IMG/VR virus record: IMGVR_UViG_3300042350_004191
Location: 146,587 to 210,586 of that record
Direction: 5' to 3' (one strand)
Length of the DNA stretch: 64,000 bases
Shown: piece after piece, positions 1 through 10,023 of the stretch
How positions within the stretch are numbered: the stretch's first letter is position 1
Layout: each line of letters opens with the position of its first letter
Program-made: the position numbers and the translations under genes
The notes under the pieces: model-generated
The model's database searches: none
What the model saw: only the letters and a program-made list of their open reading frames with translations
Told to the model about the DNA's origin: nothing

Positions 1-4
1 CAGT

Positions 5-199
5 ATGTACGATGAACTATTTGATTCTGCATTAGATGATGCTGGTTCTGCTAAAGTGTTGGAAATTTTAAAAGAAAATACAGAAAAACATCAAGAATCT
101 GTTTATATTATATCTCATAGTTCTTCCATCAATAAAAATGATGTTAATAAAGTTATTGAATTAGAAAAAATTAACGGCCAAACCAAGATAGTTAATTGA
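5..199 (+). CDS. gp46: C-terminal end of SbcC/Rad50-like recombination nuclease ATPase subunit (T4 gp46-like); partial, gene begins before the window
   Basis: ABC-ATPase Walker B/D-loop DELFDSALD and H-loop IISH at the C-terminus; next to the replication module. Confidence 0.85.
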   Translation: MYDELFDSALDDAGSAKVLEILKENTEKHQESVYIISHSSSINKNDVNKVIELEKINGQTKIVN

Positions 200-223
200 T
201 TTTTAGTATTTTAGTGATATAAT
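196..223 (+). promoter_or_regulatory. sigma70-type promoter (TTGATT...TGnTATAAT)
   Basis: TTGATT 196-201, extended -10 TGATATAAT 215-223, ATG at 235. Confidence 0.6.
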
Positions 224-234
224 ATTATACAAAC

Positions 235-1539
235 ATGGCTTTAAAAATTAAACAAAACACCGAACAAAACGACAGAAAAACCGTTTATGAATTTTCATGT
301 GTTAGAAGAGCTATCCCATTCCCACCACTAGGAACAACTACTAATTTACTGAATTTTAATTATATTGCCTTAAATGCAATAAAAATACCGCCACCACTAC
401 CAGTAGAAATGCCTGAAACCTCATTACCGAGAGTTTTAAATTATTATGCAGACTATGGTGGTTGTGGTTTTTGGCGAATGATATGGCCTGAATTTCTTTT
501 AAATTTCTATCAGAAGATGGTTTGTACTGGAATGACACAAATGGTCTTAGATACCCGTTTTTATTCCACTATAAGGGCTATAAGGTTCCAAAGACAAGCT
601 ACAGATCATCAAATGATGTTTATTAAAGAGCTTAATAAGGTTAAGAAAGACCTTAACCTAAGATTATTGTATGAAGTAGATGATGTAGTCTTCAAAGAAG
701 ATATTCCAGAATATAATCGTTGTAGAGATGCATTTAATGATGATAAAATTGTCAAAAATATTTTAGAAATCATAGAAATGATGGATGAAATGACAGTAAC
801 TTGTCAATTCATGAAAGATTATTATATCGAAAAAACTGGAAATAAAAAAATTACAGTTATTCCAAATTATGCCCCCAAATTTTGGCTGGATAGATTTTAT
901 AATCCTGAAAAACTAGAAGAGAATTTTGAAAAAAACAAAAAACGCCCAAGAATATTATATTCTGGTTCTGGAACTCATATAGATGTTCTTAATAGAACGG
1001 GTATGAAAGATGATTTTAGTCATGTAATTGACCAAATTATAAAAGCTAGAAAGAAATTTAAGTTTGTTTGGAAGGGTTGTTATCCATTAGCACTAAGACC
1101 CTTCATTGATAGCGGTGAAATGGAATATGTTGATTGGTCGCCTTTACCTGATTACCCTAAAGGTTTGATGGATACAAATTGCAATGCAACTTTTGCACCT
1201 TTAATTGATAATATTTTCAATAAATCAAAAAGTAACATTAAAATGGTTGAATCTGGTGCATTAGGTATGCCCGGTGCATATCAAAATTTATGCACTTATG
1301 AAATGGCCGAACACAGATTTGATAAAGGTACAGATTTAATTGAAAAACTTGAATACATTACCTCTGATGTCGATAGATATATGAAAGAATCACAAAAAGC
1401 ACGAAAATTCGCAGAAGGTCTTTGGTTAGAAGATCATATAAACGAATATGAGGGTCTATATTTGACTGCATGGGGTTCAAAAGAACGTAATGAGAAATAT
1501 CCGAGCTTGATTTCTCTCAATAAAGATCAGATAATATAG
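235..1539 (+). CDS. GT-B fold glycosyltransferase (GT4-like)
   Basis: GCGFWRM..P near N-terminus, YSGSGTH, and FAPLIDNIFNKSKSNIKMVESGALGMP donor-binding motif typical of phage GT-B enzymes. Confidence 0.75.
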   Translation: MALKIKQNTEQNDRKTVYEFSCVRRAIPFPPLGTTTNLLNFNYIALNAIKIPPPLPVEMPETSLPRVLNYYADYGGCGFWRMIWPEFLLNFYQKMVCTGMTQMVLDTRFYSTIRAIRFQRQATDHQMMFIKELNKVKKDLNLRLLYEVDDVVFKEDIPEYNRCRDAFNDDKIVKNILEIIEMMDEMTVTCQFMKDYYIEKTGNKKITVIPNYAPKFWLDRFYNPEKLEENFEKNKKRPRILYSGSGTHIDVLNRTGMKDDFSHVIDQIIKARKKFKFVWKGCYPLALRPFIDSGEMEYVDWSPLPDYPKGLMDTNCNATFAPLIDNIFNKSKSNIKMVESGALGMPGAYQNLCTYEMAEHRFDKGTDLIEKLEYITSDVDRYMKESQKARKFAEGLWLEDHINEYEGLYLTAWGSKERNEKYPSLISLNKDQII

Positions 1540-1546
1540 GCCAATC

Positions 1547-4120
1547 ATGGCATATCGAAATATCGCATACGACAACAATAACTGTTGTATCCATCTCTGG
1601 ACATGGGACGAGGATGGACAGCGTGTTAAGTTAGAAACCTCCTATGAACCTAGTTTGTATGTAGAAAGCGCATCATCCAATGATGCTTTGTCGATATATA
1701 ATACCAATTTAAAGAAAATATCGTTTAAAAACAATTATTACCGATCAAAGTATGTTAATGAAACTCCGATTAAGCGTATTTTCCAAAATTTATCTGTTGA
1801 ACAAGATTTTTTGTTAAATACCTACCGTGACGATTTAAAAGATCCAGATTTTGGTAAACACCCACTAAAGATTTTTTTCTGGGACATAGAAACATATAGT
1901 CCAAACTCTTTTCCAGAACCCAGTAAAGCAGCAGATCCTATTAATCTGATTACACTTTATGACAGTTTATCCAAAAAATATTATAGTTGGGGATTGAAAG
2001 AATATGTTTCTGATGATGAGAATGTAATTTATACACATTGTAAGAGTGAATATTATATAATAGAAAAGTTTTTAACATTTTGGCAACAAGATCCACCAGA
2101 TATTATGTGTGGTTGGAATACAGAATCCTTCGACGTACCTTATTTGATCAATAGAATAAAAAATTTAAAAGGTGAAGACGAATATAAAAGACTTTCTCCT
2201 ATAGAAAACGTCTATTGTAGAGAAGGTGTTGTTATAAACAAGTACAACAAACCAATAGATAAATGGTACATCAGTGGAATTTCTAACCTCGACTACATGA
2301 TCATCTATAAAGCCTTCTCCAGAGGAGATTCAGAATCATATAGCTTAAACTTTATAGCTGAAAAGGAACTTAAGGAAGGTAAAATTGATTTTGGTGGCAG
2401 TAATTTGGCTATGTTAGCAGATAAAGATTGGGATACCTTTGTAAAGTATAATATTCAAGATGTAAAACTTCTTGTAAAATTGGAAGACACCTTAAAATAT
2501 TTGAAGCTAGTACGCAATTTATCATATAAGGGATTCATTCCTTTTGAAAAGGCTACAGGAAAAGTTTCGATGATTACTGGAGCGGTTGCACACGAAGCCT
2601 TGTTACAAGGCAAAATGATCCCCACATTCAAAACGGACAACAACAAAACAGAATTTACAGGCGGTTATGTCCACGAACCTGAAAGAGGCATTCATAATGC
2701 ATTAGTAAGCTATGATGCTAATAGTCTATATCCAAATACGATTATATCCTTGAACATCTCACCAGAAACAAAGATTGGAAAGATTGTAAACAAAGAAGAA
2801 AATGTTTATTCCCTAAGATTAATAAACGGAAAAGTTGTAACTTTGGATAAGGATAAATTTGAAAAGCTTATACACAAAGAAAAATTATGTATATCAGACT
2901 ATGATGTGTTATATACGCAAAAATTTAAAGGCGTAGTTCCGTGTTTGATTGATAAACTTTATAAAGAACGTGTTGATACCAAAAAAGAAATGCAAAAGTA
3001 TCAAACAATCTTAAACAAGGAAAAAGATTTTAAAGTAAAACAACAGATTGAAGAAAAAATACAAGACTTGGATACACAACAAAACGTTTATAAGCTTGTT
3101 TTAAATTCAATATATGGAACCTTTGCTCAAAGATTTTCTCCTTTGTTTGATATTGACCATTCTGCGAGTGTAACATTAACGGGACAGTCAGTGGTTAAAA
3201 AAGCATCCGATATTGTTTATGAATATGCTGTTCAGAAAGGTTTTGTTGGTGACAAAAAAAATATTTATATATACGGTGATACTGACAGCATTTATATAAC
3301 TATAAATCCTATATTAAAAATAACGGGTAAACAGTTTTTAGTGGACAATAAAATAACCGACGAGGCTTCAAAGGTTGTTGATGAGATAGATAATAAATTA
3401 AATACAGATATAATTGAATGGTCGAAACAGAAACACAATTCAATAGACCCAAGATTTGTTTTTAAACGTGAAACTATTTGTGACAAGGCACTTTTCTTGG
3501 AAAAGAAAATGTACATTCTTCATATTATTGATAAAGAAGGTTATAAACCAAAAGATCCATTTGTTTATAAAGGGATAGAACTAGCTCGTTCAACTTTATC
3601 CAAAGAAGTTAAAGATCTTATTAAAAATGTTGTTGAGTCTGTTATTTTATCAGAAGATAAAACTGAAAGTGATAGAATTTTTTTCGATTCTTATAGCAGA
3701 TTTAAAGATATGGACGTAGTAACCATATCTAAACGAGCAAAAGTTTCTGATATAGAAAAATATCAAAGTAGAAGTGATGGCTTTAAAATCTATAAAGGAA
3801 CGCCCATGCATGTTAAAGGATCGATTTATTACAACAATCTACTTAAAAAGTACAGTGTTGATCATTTGTATGAAAGAATAACAAACGGAACCAAAGTTAA
3901 GATTTTTTATGCAAATAAAAACAAATATAATATACAAGTTTTTTCTTTTTTAGATGAAATGCCTGAAGAAATTATAAAAGATGTAGCACCGGATTACGAT
4001 AAAATGTTTCAAAAGAACGTGTTTCCACCATTAGAAAGAATTTATAAATGTATTGGTTGGGATACACCTTCTCTTGTGCAAAACTATTGCACTGATTTAA
4101 CTGAATTATTTAAAGATTAA
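1547..4120 (+). CDS. gp43: Family B DNA polymerase
   Basis: Exo motifs WDIET, GWNTESFD, YNIQD; polymerase motifs YDANSLYP, KLVLNSIYG, YGDTDS. Confidence 0.98.
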   Translation: MAYRNIAYDNNNCCIHLWTWDEDGQRVKLETSYEPSLYVESASSNDALSIYNTNLKKISFKNNYYRSKYVNETPIKRIFQNLSVEQDFLLNTYRDDLKDPDFGKHPLKIFFWDIETYSPNSFPEPSKAADPINLITLYDSLSKKYYSWGLKEYVSDDENVIYTHCKSEYYIIEKFLTFWQQDPPDIMCGWNTESFDVPYLINRIKNLKGEDEYKRLSPIENVYCREGVVINKYNKPIDKWYISGISNLDYMIIYKAFSRGDSESYSLNFIAEKELKEGKIDFGGSNLAMLADKDWDTFVKYNIQDVKLLVKLEDTLKYLKLVRNLSYKGFIPFEKATGKVSMITGAVAHEALLQGKMIPTFKTDNNKTEFTGGYVHEPERGIHNALVSYDANSLYPNTIISLNISPETKIGKIVNKEENVYSLRLINGKVVTLDKDKFEKLIHKEKLCISDYDVLYTQKFKGVVPCLIDKLYKERVDTKKEMQKYQTILNKEKDFKVKQQIEEKIQDLDTQQNVYKLVLNSIYGTFAQRFSPLFDIDHSASVTLTGQSVVKKASDIVYEYAVQKGFVGDKKNIYIYGDTDSIYITINPILKITGKQFLVDNKITDEASKVVDEIDNKLNTDIIEWSKQKHNSIDPRFVFKRETICDKALFLEKKMYILHIIDKEGYKPKDPFVYKGIELARSTLSKEVKDLIKNVVESVILSEDKTESDRIFFDSYSRFKDMDVVTISKRAKVSDIEKYQSRSDGFKIYKGTPMHVKGSIYYNNLLKKYSVDHLYERITNGTKVKIFYANKNKYNIQVFSFLDEMPEEIIKDVAPDYDKMFQKNVFPPLERIYKCIGWDTPSLVQNYCTDLTELFKD

Positions 4121-4158
4121 TACTTGAAAAAGAAATAGACTGTGATAATATATTAAAT

Positions 4159-4566
4159 ATGAGCGATAAAAATAATAAATTAACCGTGTTTTTAGATTAT
4201 GTTGGTAGAACAATTATTGGAGAAATTGTTGAAGAAAATGATTCACAATTTAAAGTTAAAAATCCAGTTATTCTTTCTACTGTAGCAACTCCTGACAACA
4301 GAATGTCAATTCAACTGTTTCCTTTGTTGTTCAGAGAATTCTTGGCTGACAAAGAAGCTGATGCTATTTTCCCTTTTAATAAGAGTTATATTACTCCTAT
4401 TCATGATAATGAAAATAAATTTATCTCTTTAGATTTTAGATTACAAGCACAATATTCTCAAATCTTTAATAAGAGTAATTTGTATGTTCCTACACAACAA
4501 ACTCCTGATGCACCACAACAAAACGCTGGAGCAGATGCTAATGTTGTTAAATTGTTCGATGAGTAA
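4159..4566 (+). CDS. Hypothetical protein (small beta-rich)
   Basis: 135-aa ORF with its own promoter upstream and a terminator downstream. Confidence 0.7.
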   Translation: MSDKNNKLTVFLDYVGRTIIGEIVEENDSQFKVKNPVILSTVATPDNRMSIQLFPLLFREFLADKEADAIFPFNKSYITPIHDNENKFISLDFRLQAQYSQIFNKSNLYVPTQQTPDAPQQNAGADANVVKLFDE

Positions 4567-4582
4567 ACAAAATTAAAACAAG

Positions 4583-4617
4583 AAAAGCCTGAATCGTAAA
4601 GATTCAGGCTTTTTTAT
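4583..4617 (+). terminator. Rho-independent terminator
   Basis: 13-bp inverted repeat AAAAGCCTGAATC / GATTCAGGCTTTT followed by a T-run. Confidence 0.9.
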
Positions 4618-4650
4618 TGCTTTTTTAAAAAAGTATGTTAGACTAATTCT

Positions 4651-5793
4651 ATGGCTAAAAATAAAAAAGAAAATATAAACGATGAGACTCTTGCGATCAT
4701 TGATGATGCATTTAAGGTATTGGATGATTTAAATCCTGATGCAGCCTATCTTAATGAAAATACATTATCTTCCGTAAAAGAATGGATTGATACAGGTTGT
4801 ATGGCATTAAATGCTATTATTTCAGGCTCTTTATATGGTGGCGTTCCTATGGGGCGAATTACAGGCTTTGTTGGACCACAGGCATGTGGAAAAACTATGA
4901 TTGTTAATAAAATCATGGCAAATGCTCAAAAGAAAGGTATGCATATTGCATATTTTGATACAGAAAATGCATTAGATCCAGATACAGCAACTAATCTTGG
5001 TTGTGATACCAAAAAAATTAAACATTGTCCTATTGAAGTTATTGAAGATTGTAGAAATCAGATTGTTAAATTTTTAAAAAGCGTTATTGAACACAATCTT
5101 CATGGTAAGGTTGTTCTTGTGATCGATTCTTTGGGGAATTTGATCTCCGCGAGAGAAGCAAAAGTAATCGAAGATGGAAAAGATTCAGCAGATATGGGTG
5201 CAAGAGCAGTTTCTTTAAAGAGTATGCTTCGCGCAATCACACATACAGCAGCAAAAGCTAACGTTCCTGTTTTGTTTACTAATCATATATACGATAATCC
5301 TGGTGCAATGTACCCAACATTGGTAAAAAGCCAATCTGGAGGTTCTGGACCACTTTATATGAGTTCTGTCTTGGTTCAAATGGCAACTAAACAAGAAAGA
5401 GTTAGTAGATCAGATAATAAGAACGCTAATGATGACAGTACTCCTCTATCAAAGGATGTGAACGGTTTAACAATTCGCGCATTAACAACTAAAAATCGTT
5501 TTATCCCACCATTTTTAGAGTGTGAAATGTATTTAAATTTCAAACAAGGCTTATCAAAGTATGCTGGTTTGCTTGAAATGGCAGAGGGTTATGGTGTAAT
5601 AACCAAACAGGGTCATAGATACGTCATAGGAGAAGATGTTTTAGGTTTCTATAAAGATTGGAGAGAAGACGAGACTGTTTGGGCTAAAGTTCTACCAGCA
5701 TTAGAGAATAAATTAAAAGAACAATTGAAATTTAATAACGAATCTTTAAAGACTTTTACCCCAAAGTCTGAACAAGTGTTATTAAATGAGTAA
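4651..5793 (+). CDS. uvsX: RecA-like recombinase UvsX
   Basis: Walker A GPQACGKT, FDTENA, Walker B VIDSLGNL, TNHIY, SGGSG. Confidence 0.95.
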   Translation: MAKNKKENINDETLAIIDDAFKVLDDLNPDAAYLNENTLSSVKEWIDTGCMALNAIISGSLYGGVPMGRITGFVGPQACGKTMIVNKIMANAQKKGMHIAYFDTENALDPDTATNLGCDTKKIKHCPIEVIEDCRNQIVKFLKSVIEHNLHGKVVLVIDSLGNLISAREAKVIEDGKDSADMGARAVSLKSMLRAITHTAAKANVPVLFTNHIYDNPGAMYPTLVKSQSGGSGPLYMSSVLVQMATKQERVSRSDNKNANDDSTPLSKDVNGLTIRALTTKNRFIPPFLECEMYLNFKQGLSKYAGLLEMAEGYGVITKQGHRYVIGEDVLGFYKDWREDETVWAKVLPALENKLKEQLKFNNESLKTFTPKSEQVLLNE

Positions 5794-5810
5794 ATTGTTA
5801 TTCATACAAC

Positions 5811-5840
5811 AAGGGGATAGGGCAACCTATCCCCTTTTTT
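5811..5840 (+). terminator. Rho-independent terminator with GCAA tetraloop
   Basis: AAGGGGATAGG-GCAA-CCTATCCCCTT followed by a T-run. Confidence 0.9.
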
Positions 5841-5841
5841 A

Positions 5842-5870
5842 TTGACTTTATAGGTAAAAAAGGATAATAT
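5842..5870 (+). promoter_or_regulatory. sigma70-type promoter, probably leaderless transcript
   Basis: TTGACT-17 nt-TAATAT, ATG only 6 nt after the -10 box. Confidence 0.7.
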
Positions 5871-5876
5871 TTCTAT

Positions 5877-7256
5877 ATGGGAAAATCTCTCGATTTCGAT
5901 TACGAACTTTTTGAAAAAATTATTGTATACAATTATCTGACTGATGCGAATTATTTTGAAACTGTATATGAATATATAAATTCATCATTTTTTACAAACG
6001 AAAATCATAAAACTGTAGTCAAAATTTTAAAAGAATATTATAGAAACAACCAAAAATTTCCAAACCCAACAGAATTAAAATTAAATTTTACTAGTCCAAG
6101 TGATAGACAGGCTCTAAAAGAGGTTTTGTTGAGCTTTAAAGATATTGATAAAAAATATGATAAAGAATTACTTTTAAAAAACACCGAAAGATTTTTTAAA
6201 GAGAAAGCGGTTCATAATACAGTCATTAATACATATGTTAATATTCAAGCTGGTGATATAAACTCGTCAGAAATCTTAAAGTCTTTTGAAAAAGCTTGTT
6301 CTATTTCTTTAGTAGAAAATAAAGGATTTGATTATTTGGAAAAAATTGATGAACATTGCGATGAACTGCAAAAAGTTTTCAAATACATACCTTCTGGTTG
6401 GAAATGGTTAGATGAAAGAATAGGTGGCGGGTTTCTTGCTACAGGAAGAGCTATTTATGTGTTTTATGGTGTAACAAACGTAGGTAAATCGATTTTTCTT
6501 GGTAATATTGCAACAAATATTCTTAGTCAGAATAAAACGGTGGTATTGATTTCAATGGAAATGCCTGAACAAGTGTATGCAAAAAGAATAAGTGCTCAAC
6601 TTACTCAGATTCCTATGGATGATTTATCATCAGAAATTCAATTATTAAAGACTAAATTAAATTCTTACAAATTAAAAAACAAAGAAGCAAAATTAATCAT
6701 TAAGGAATTTCCCCCAAAGACCGTTTCGACTCTCCACATAAAAACATATATTGAAAAATTAAAAAATTCTGGAATAAATCCTGATATAATAATCTTAGAT
6801 TATTTAAACTTAATTGCTCCAGCAGACAAAGGACAATCTTCTTATGATTCGGTGAAACAAATCACTGAGGCGGTAAGGGCCATGTCATACCAGTTTGAAT
6901 GTCCTATAATAACCGCTACACAAGCTAATAGAAGCGCATACAATGAGGCTAATCCGGGTCTTGAGACTACCAGCGAGTCTATGGGCTTGTCTCATACAGC
7001 CGATGCACAATTTTCTATATGGACGGAAAAAGAAGAAATGGATTTAAATTTAATTCATTTAGGTATAACTAAAAACCGCTTCGGTCCTAGAGATTGTCAA
7101 ACTGTATTGGAAATAGATTATCCCACGTTGTCATTAAAAGATCCAGAATCTGATTCAATTGTCTCGACATTTTCTTCATCAAAATCTAGTAAATCAAATT
7201 CAATTAATGATACTGTATCATTATTAGAATCTTTAGGGGATGATGTTGATAATTAA
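5877..7256 (+). CDS. gp41: DnaB-like replicative helicase
   Basis: Walker A GVTNVGKS, ISMEM, IILDYLN, TATQANR, ESMGLSHTAD, KNRFG. Confidence 0.95.
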   Translation: MGKSLDFDYELFEKIIVYNYLTDANYFETVYEYINSSFFTNENHKTVVKILKEYYRNNQKFPNPTELKLNFTSPSDRQALKEVLLSFKDIDKKYDKELLLKNTERFFKEKAVHNTVINTYVNIQAGDINSSEILKSFEKACSISLVENKGFDYLEKIDEHCDELQKVFKYIPSGWKWLDERIGGGFLATGRAIYVFYGVTNVGKSIFLGNIATNILSQNKTVVLISMEMPEQVYAKRISAQLTQIPMDDLSSEIQLLKTKLNSYKLKNKEAKLIIKEFPPKTVSTLHIKTYIEKLKNSGINPDIIILDYLNLIAPADKGQSSYDSVKQITEAVRAMSYQFECPIITATQANRSAYNEANPGLETTSESMGLSHTADAQFSIWTEKEEMDLNLIHLGITKNRFGPRDCQTVLEIDYPTLSLKDPESDSIVSTFSSSKSSKSNSINDTVSLLESLGDDVDN

Positions 7257-7278
7257 AAAATTATATATAAGTACTTGA

Positions 7279-8169
7279 ATGACTAATAAATTATATAAAG
7301 TTTTTACCCATGGCGACTTAGATGGTGCCGTGAGTTTATTATGTTTATTATGGTCGAAACCAGAAGCCACAATAGAATACGAAGAGCTTTATAATAATAC
7401 AATTGAAGAACGATTAATAAGTTATAATCAAAAAACAATTAATAAACCAACAACTATAGTAATGGATTTCTCTTTAAGAGAATCATTTTTAAATTTCGAC
7501 TCAAATGAATATGTTTTTATTGATCATCATAAAACTTCAGAAAAATTTGTAGAAAAATTTAAAAACGCTAAAATAATTTATAAAAATAACAATTCAAATA
7601 CAGGGTTAATATATAGCACATTTAATAAATCTCTTAGTTCAATATCAAAAGAACAAAAATATCTTATAGCATTAGCCGATGACTTCGACTCTTATACTTT
7701 AAGACTCCCCCATTCTTATGATTTGAATATTTTATTCTGGACAGAGTACAGAGGTCAGTTTTCTAAGTTTGTTAAGGATTATTCAAACGGATTTAAACCA
7801 TTTACCGAAAAACAAATAAAATTGATCAATTTTGAAAAGAACAGTGCTTGTGAACAATCTCATAAACTTCAAAAGTATGAAGGATCTGTAACTATTAAAG
7901 GAGAAAAATATAAAACACTAGCAGTTATAGGAGAAAAATATAATAATTTAGTGATCGATTGCTTAATAAGAGAGAATGATCCAGATTTATTTTTTTACAT
8001 AAACACAAAATCGGAAAAAGTTAATCTTAGAAAAAAATCTTCGATAACATCTTTTGATTTAGGAACATTTGCAGAGAAAATATGTGAAGGTGGTGGTAAC
8101 ACCAACTCTGCTGGTGGAAAACTAACACCGTTATTTATGGAGTTGACAAAAAATTTAAAACCTGTATGA
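7279..8169 (+). CDS. DHH-family phosphoesterase / RecJ-like nuclease
   Basis: THGDLDG, FIDHH, C-terminal GGG..SAG (DHHA1-like). Confidence 0.85.
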   Translation: MTNKLYKVFTHGDLDGAVSLLCLLWSKPEATIEYEELYNNTIEERLISYNQKTINKPTTIVMDFSLRESFLNFDSNEYVFIDHHKTSEKFVEKFKNAKIIYKNNNSNTGLIYSTFNKSLSSISKEQKYLIALADDFDSYTLRLPHSYDLNILFWTEYRGQFSKFVKDYSNGFKPFTEKQIKLINFEKNSACEQSHKLQKYEGSVTIKGEKYKTLAVIGEKYNNLVIDCLIRENDPDLFFYINTKSEKVNLRKKSSITSFDLGTFAEKICEGGGNTNSAGGKLTPLFMELTKNLKPV

Positions 8170-8456
8170 TTATAACATCATATCAACAAATCGAAAAATT
8201 GATAAATCCTTCAAACTCGTTGGATGTAAATGAATTTGAAGAAATCACTTTAAAATTTGGTTCTTTTATGTGTATATGTTATAACAAAAAATTTAACTTT
8301 TTAAATCTTTTAAAAATAATTTTAGAGGACAAAAAAGTACAAAAATTGTATTGTGATTTGTTGGGAGAATACAATTTACAATATGTTATCAAGACATACA
8401 TAGATAATATACCAGGTTTTTATAAGAAAATTTTTCGATCAAAATTCAACAGGTAA
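8166..8456 (+). CDS. Hypothetical protein
   Basis: ATGA overlap with upstream gene, 96 aa. Confidence 0.6.
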   Translation: MIITSYQQIEKLINPSNSLDVNEFEEITLKFGSFMCICYNKKFNFLNLLKIILEDKKVQKLYCDLLGEYNLQYVIKTYIDNIPGFYKKIFRSKFNR

Positions 8457-8461
8457 TAAAC

Positions 8462-9112
8462 TTGAATATAACCGAAAAACAAAAACAGATATATAATTGC
8501 TACCTTAAACATTTACGTAAAGGTCAGCCATACAATCCTAGAAAAAATTTTGATGACCTCAATGGTCAAACAAAAATAGATCTGTATAAACTTCAAAACT
8601 TTTTTAATAAATTTAAACAAATTAGAATGGATTTCTTTTTTGAAGCATTTGCATTTGTTTACCCGAATGACGATTATCCTCAATTGTCTTTTTTTTGTAC
8701 CAGAAAAGCATTAAAGTGTTATTCCTTGTATAAGGAGCATAAAGAAAACCAATCACCAGATACGATGTTGGACGATATTAAGAAGAGCGTAATTTTTATT
8801 GGCTCATTTTGTATGAGAAATAACATTCTTATGCAGAAGTATTTGAAACATAAAACATTATGTATTCCTACATGGATTAAACACTATAAAGAAGGAAACA
8901 TAAACATATATGCAGTAATAGCATTGGGATATTCTAATGAATTGAATTCTTTACAAGAAGATGAAAGAGAACTATGGGTCCCAAACCTGTTACAAAATAT
9001 AACATCTTATAAAATAAGATATAGTAATTGTAAATCTAAAGTTAAGATTATCAAATGGTTAGAAACTACTGAAAATTTTGTCAAAAAGAATTTGACTTTC
9101 GTTGCAGACTGA
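8462..9112 (+). CDS. Hypothetical protein, possibly gp59-like helicase loader
   Basis: 216 aa, basic and helical, directly upstream of gp32 as gene 59 is in T4; call rests on synteny and size only. Confidence 0.35.
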   Translation: MNITEKQKQIYNCYLKHLRKGQPYNPRKNFDDLNGQTKIDLYKLQNFFNKFKQIRMDFFFEAFAFVYPNDDYPQLSFFCTRKALKCYSLYKEHKENQSPDTMLDDIKKSVIFIGSFCMRNNILMQKYLKHKTLCIPTWIKHYKEGNINIYAVIALGYSNELNSLQEDERELWVPNLLQNITSYKIRYSNCKSKVKIIKWLETTENFVKKNLTFVAD

Positions 9113-9131
9113 TTTAATATATAACAAAATT

Positions 9132-10019
9132 ATGAACAAATACTCAAACAACCTATTCGAATCCATCAAAGACGCACTCAATAAGAAAACAACTAACACA
9201 GAGAGCAGTTTTAAGGATTTTATGAAGACAGAAATGAACAAAACATATATTGTTCGTTTACTTCCAAATGTGGAATCTCCAGACAGAACATTTTTCCATT
9301 ATTTTCATCATATGTGGAAAAGCGTATTAACAAATAATATGATTTCTTTTCTTTGTCCCACAACCTATGGGGAAAAATGTCCTCTCGAAGAATATAGAGG
9401 AAAGGCATATCGCAGTAAAAATGAAGCAGAGATTGAGAAAACAAGACCAATCAAAAGAAACGAATCTTGGCTTGCCAATGTTTATGTTATTAAAGATCCA
9501 ACAAATCCTGAAAATGAGGGTAAAGTAAAAATCCTCCGTTTCGGTAAGCAACTTAATAAAATTATCACTGATGCTATTTCCGGTGATGAAAGCGAAGAAT
9601 TTGGTCCAAAAATCTTTGATTTATCTGAAAATGGTTGTAATTTTAAGATTAAAGTAGATTCAAATGAAGGCGGTTATCCAACATATGTTAGTTCAAAGTT
9701 TATGACACCTTCAAAACTCGAAGAGATCACTAATCCAGATGAAGTATATGCACAAGTTAAACAACTTGATAAAATCTTCACTCAAAAATCTTATGAAGAG
9801 ATTAAAGAATTGTTGGATGTTCACTTCCTTGGCTTAGAGAAGGAAGAAAAGCCTTCTATTAATCAGCAGAAACCAGTCCATGAAGAAATTCCTGAAATTA
9901 ATTCGATGGTTGAAGTAGAGTCTACTGATAACTCAAATAAATCAGAAGCCAAAGTAGATTCTATAGGAGATATTGATGATGCTGATGCAAAGATTGAAGA
10001 AATTCTTAAAGGTTTGTAA
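9132..10019 (+). CDS. gp32: Single-stranded DNA-binding protein
   Basis: IVRLLP, HYFHH..CP...CP Zn site, LANVYVIKDPTNPENEGKVKI, G.NFKIK, acidic tail; start moved to ATG 9132 behind TTGACT-17-TAATAT (9092-9120). Confidence 0.93.
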   Translation: MNKYSNNLFESIKDALNKKTTNTESSFKDFMKTEMNKTYIVRLLPNVESPDRTFFHYFHHMWKSVLTNNMISFLCPTTYGEKCPLEEYRGKAYRSKNEAEIEKTRPIKRNESWLANVYVIKDPTNPENEGKVKILRFGKQLNKIITDAISGDESEEFGPKIFDLSENGCNFKIKVDSNEGGYPTYVSSKFMTPSKLEEITNPDEVYAQVKQLDKIFTQKSYEEIKELLDVHFLGLEKEEKPSINQQKPVHEEIPEINSMVEVESTDNSNKSEAKVDSIGDIDDADAKIEEILKGL

Positions 10020-10023
10020 GAAT

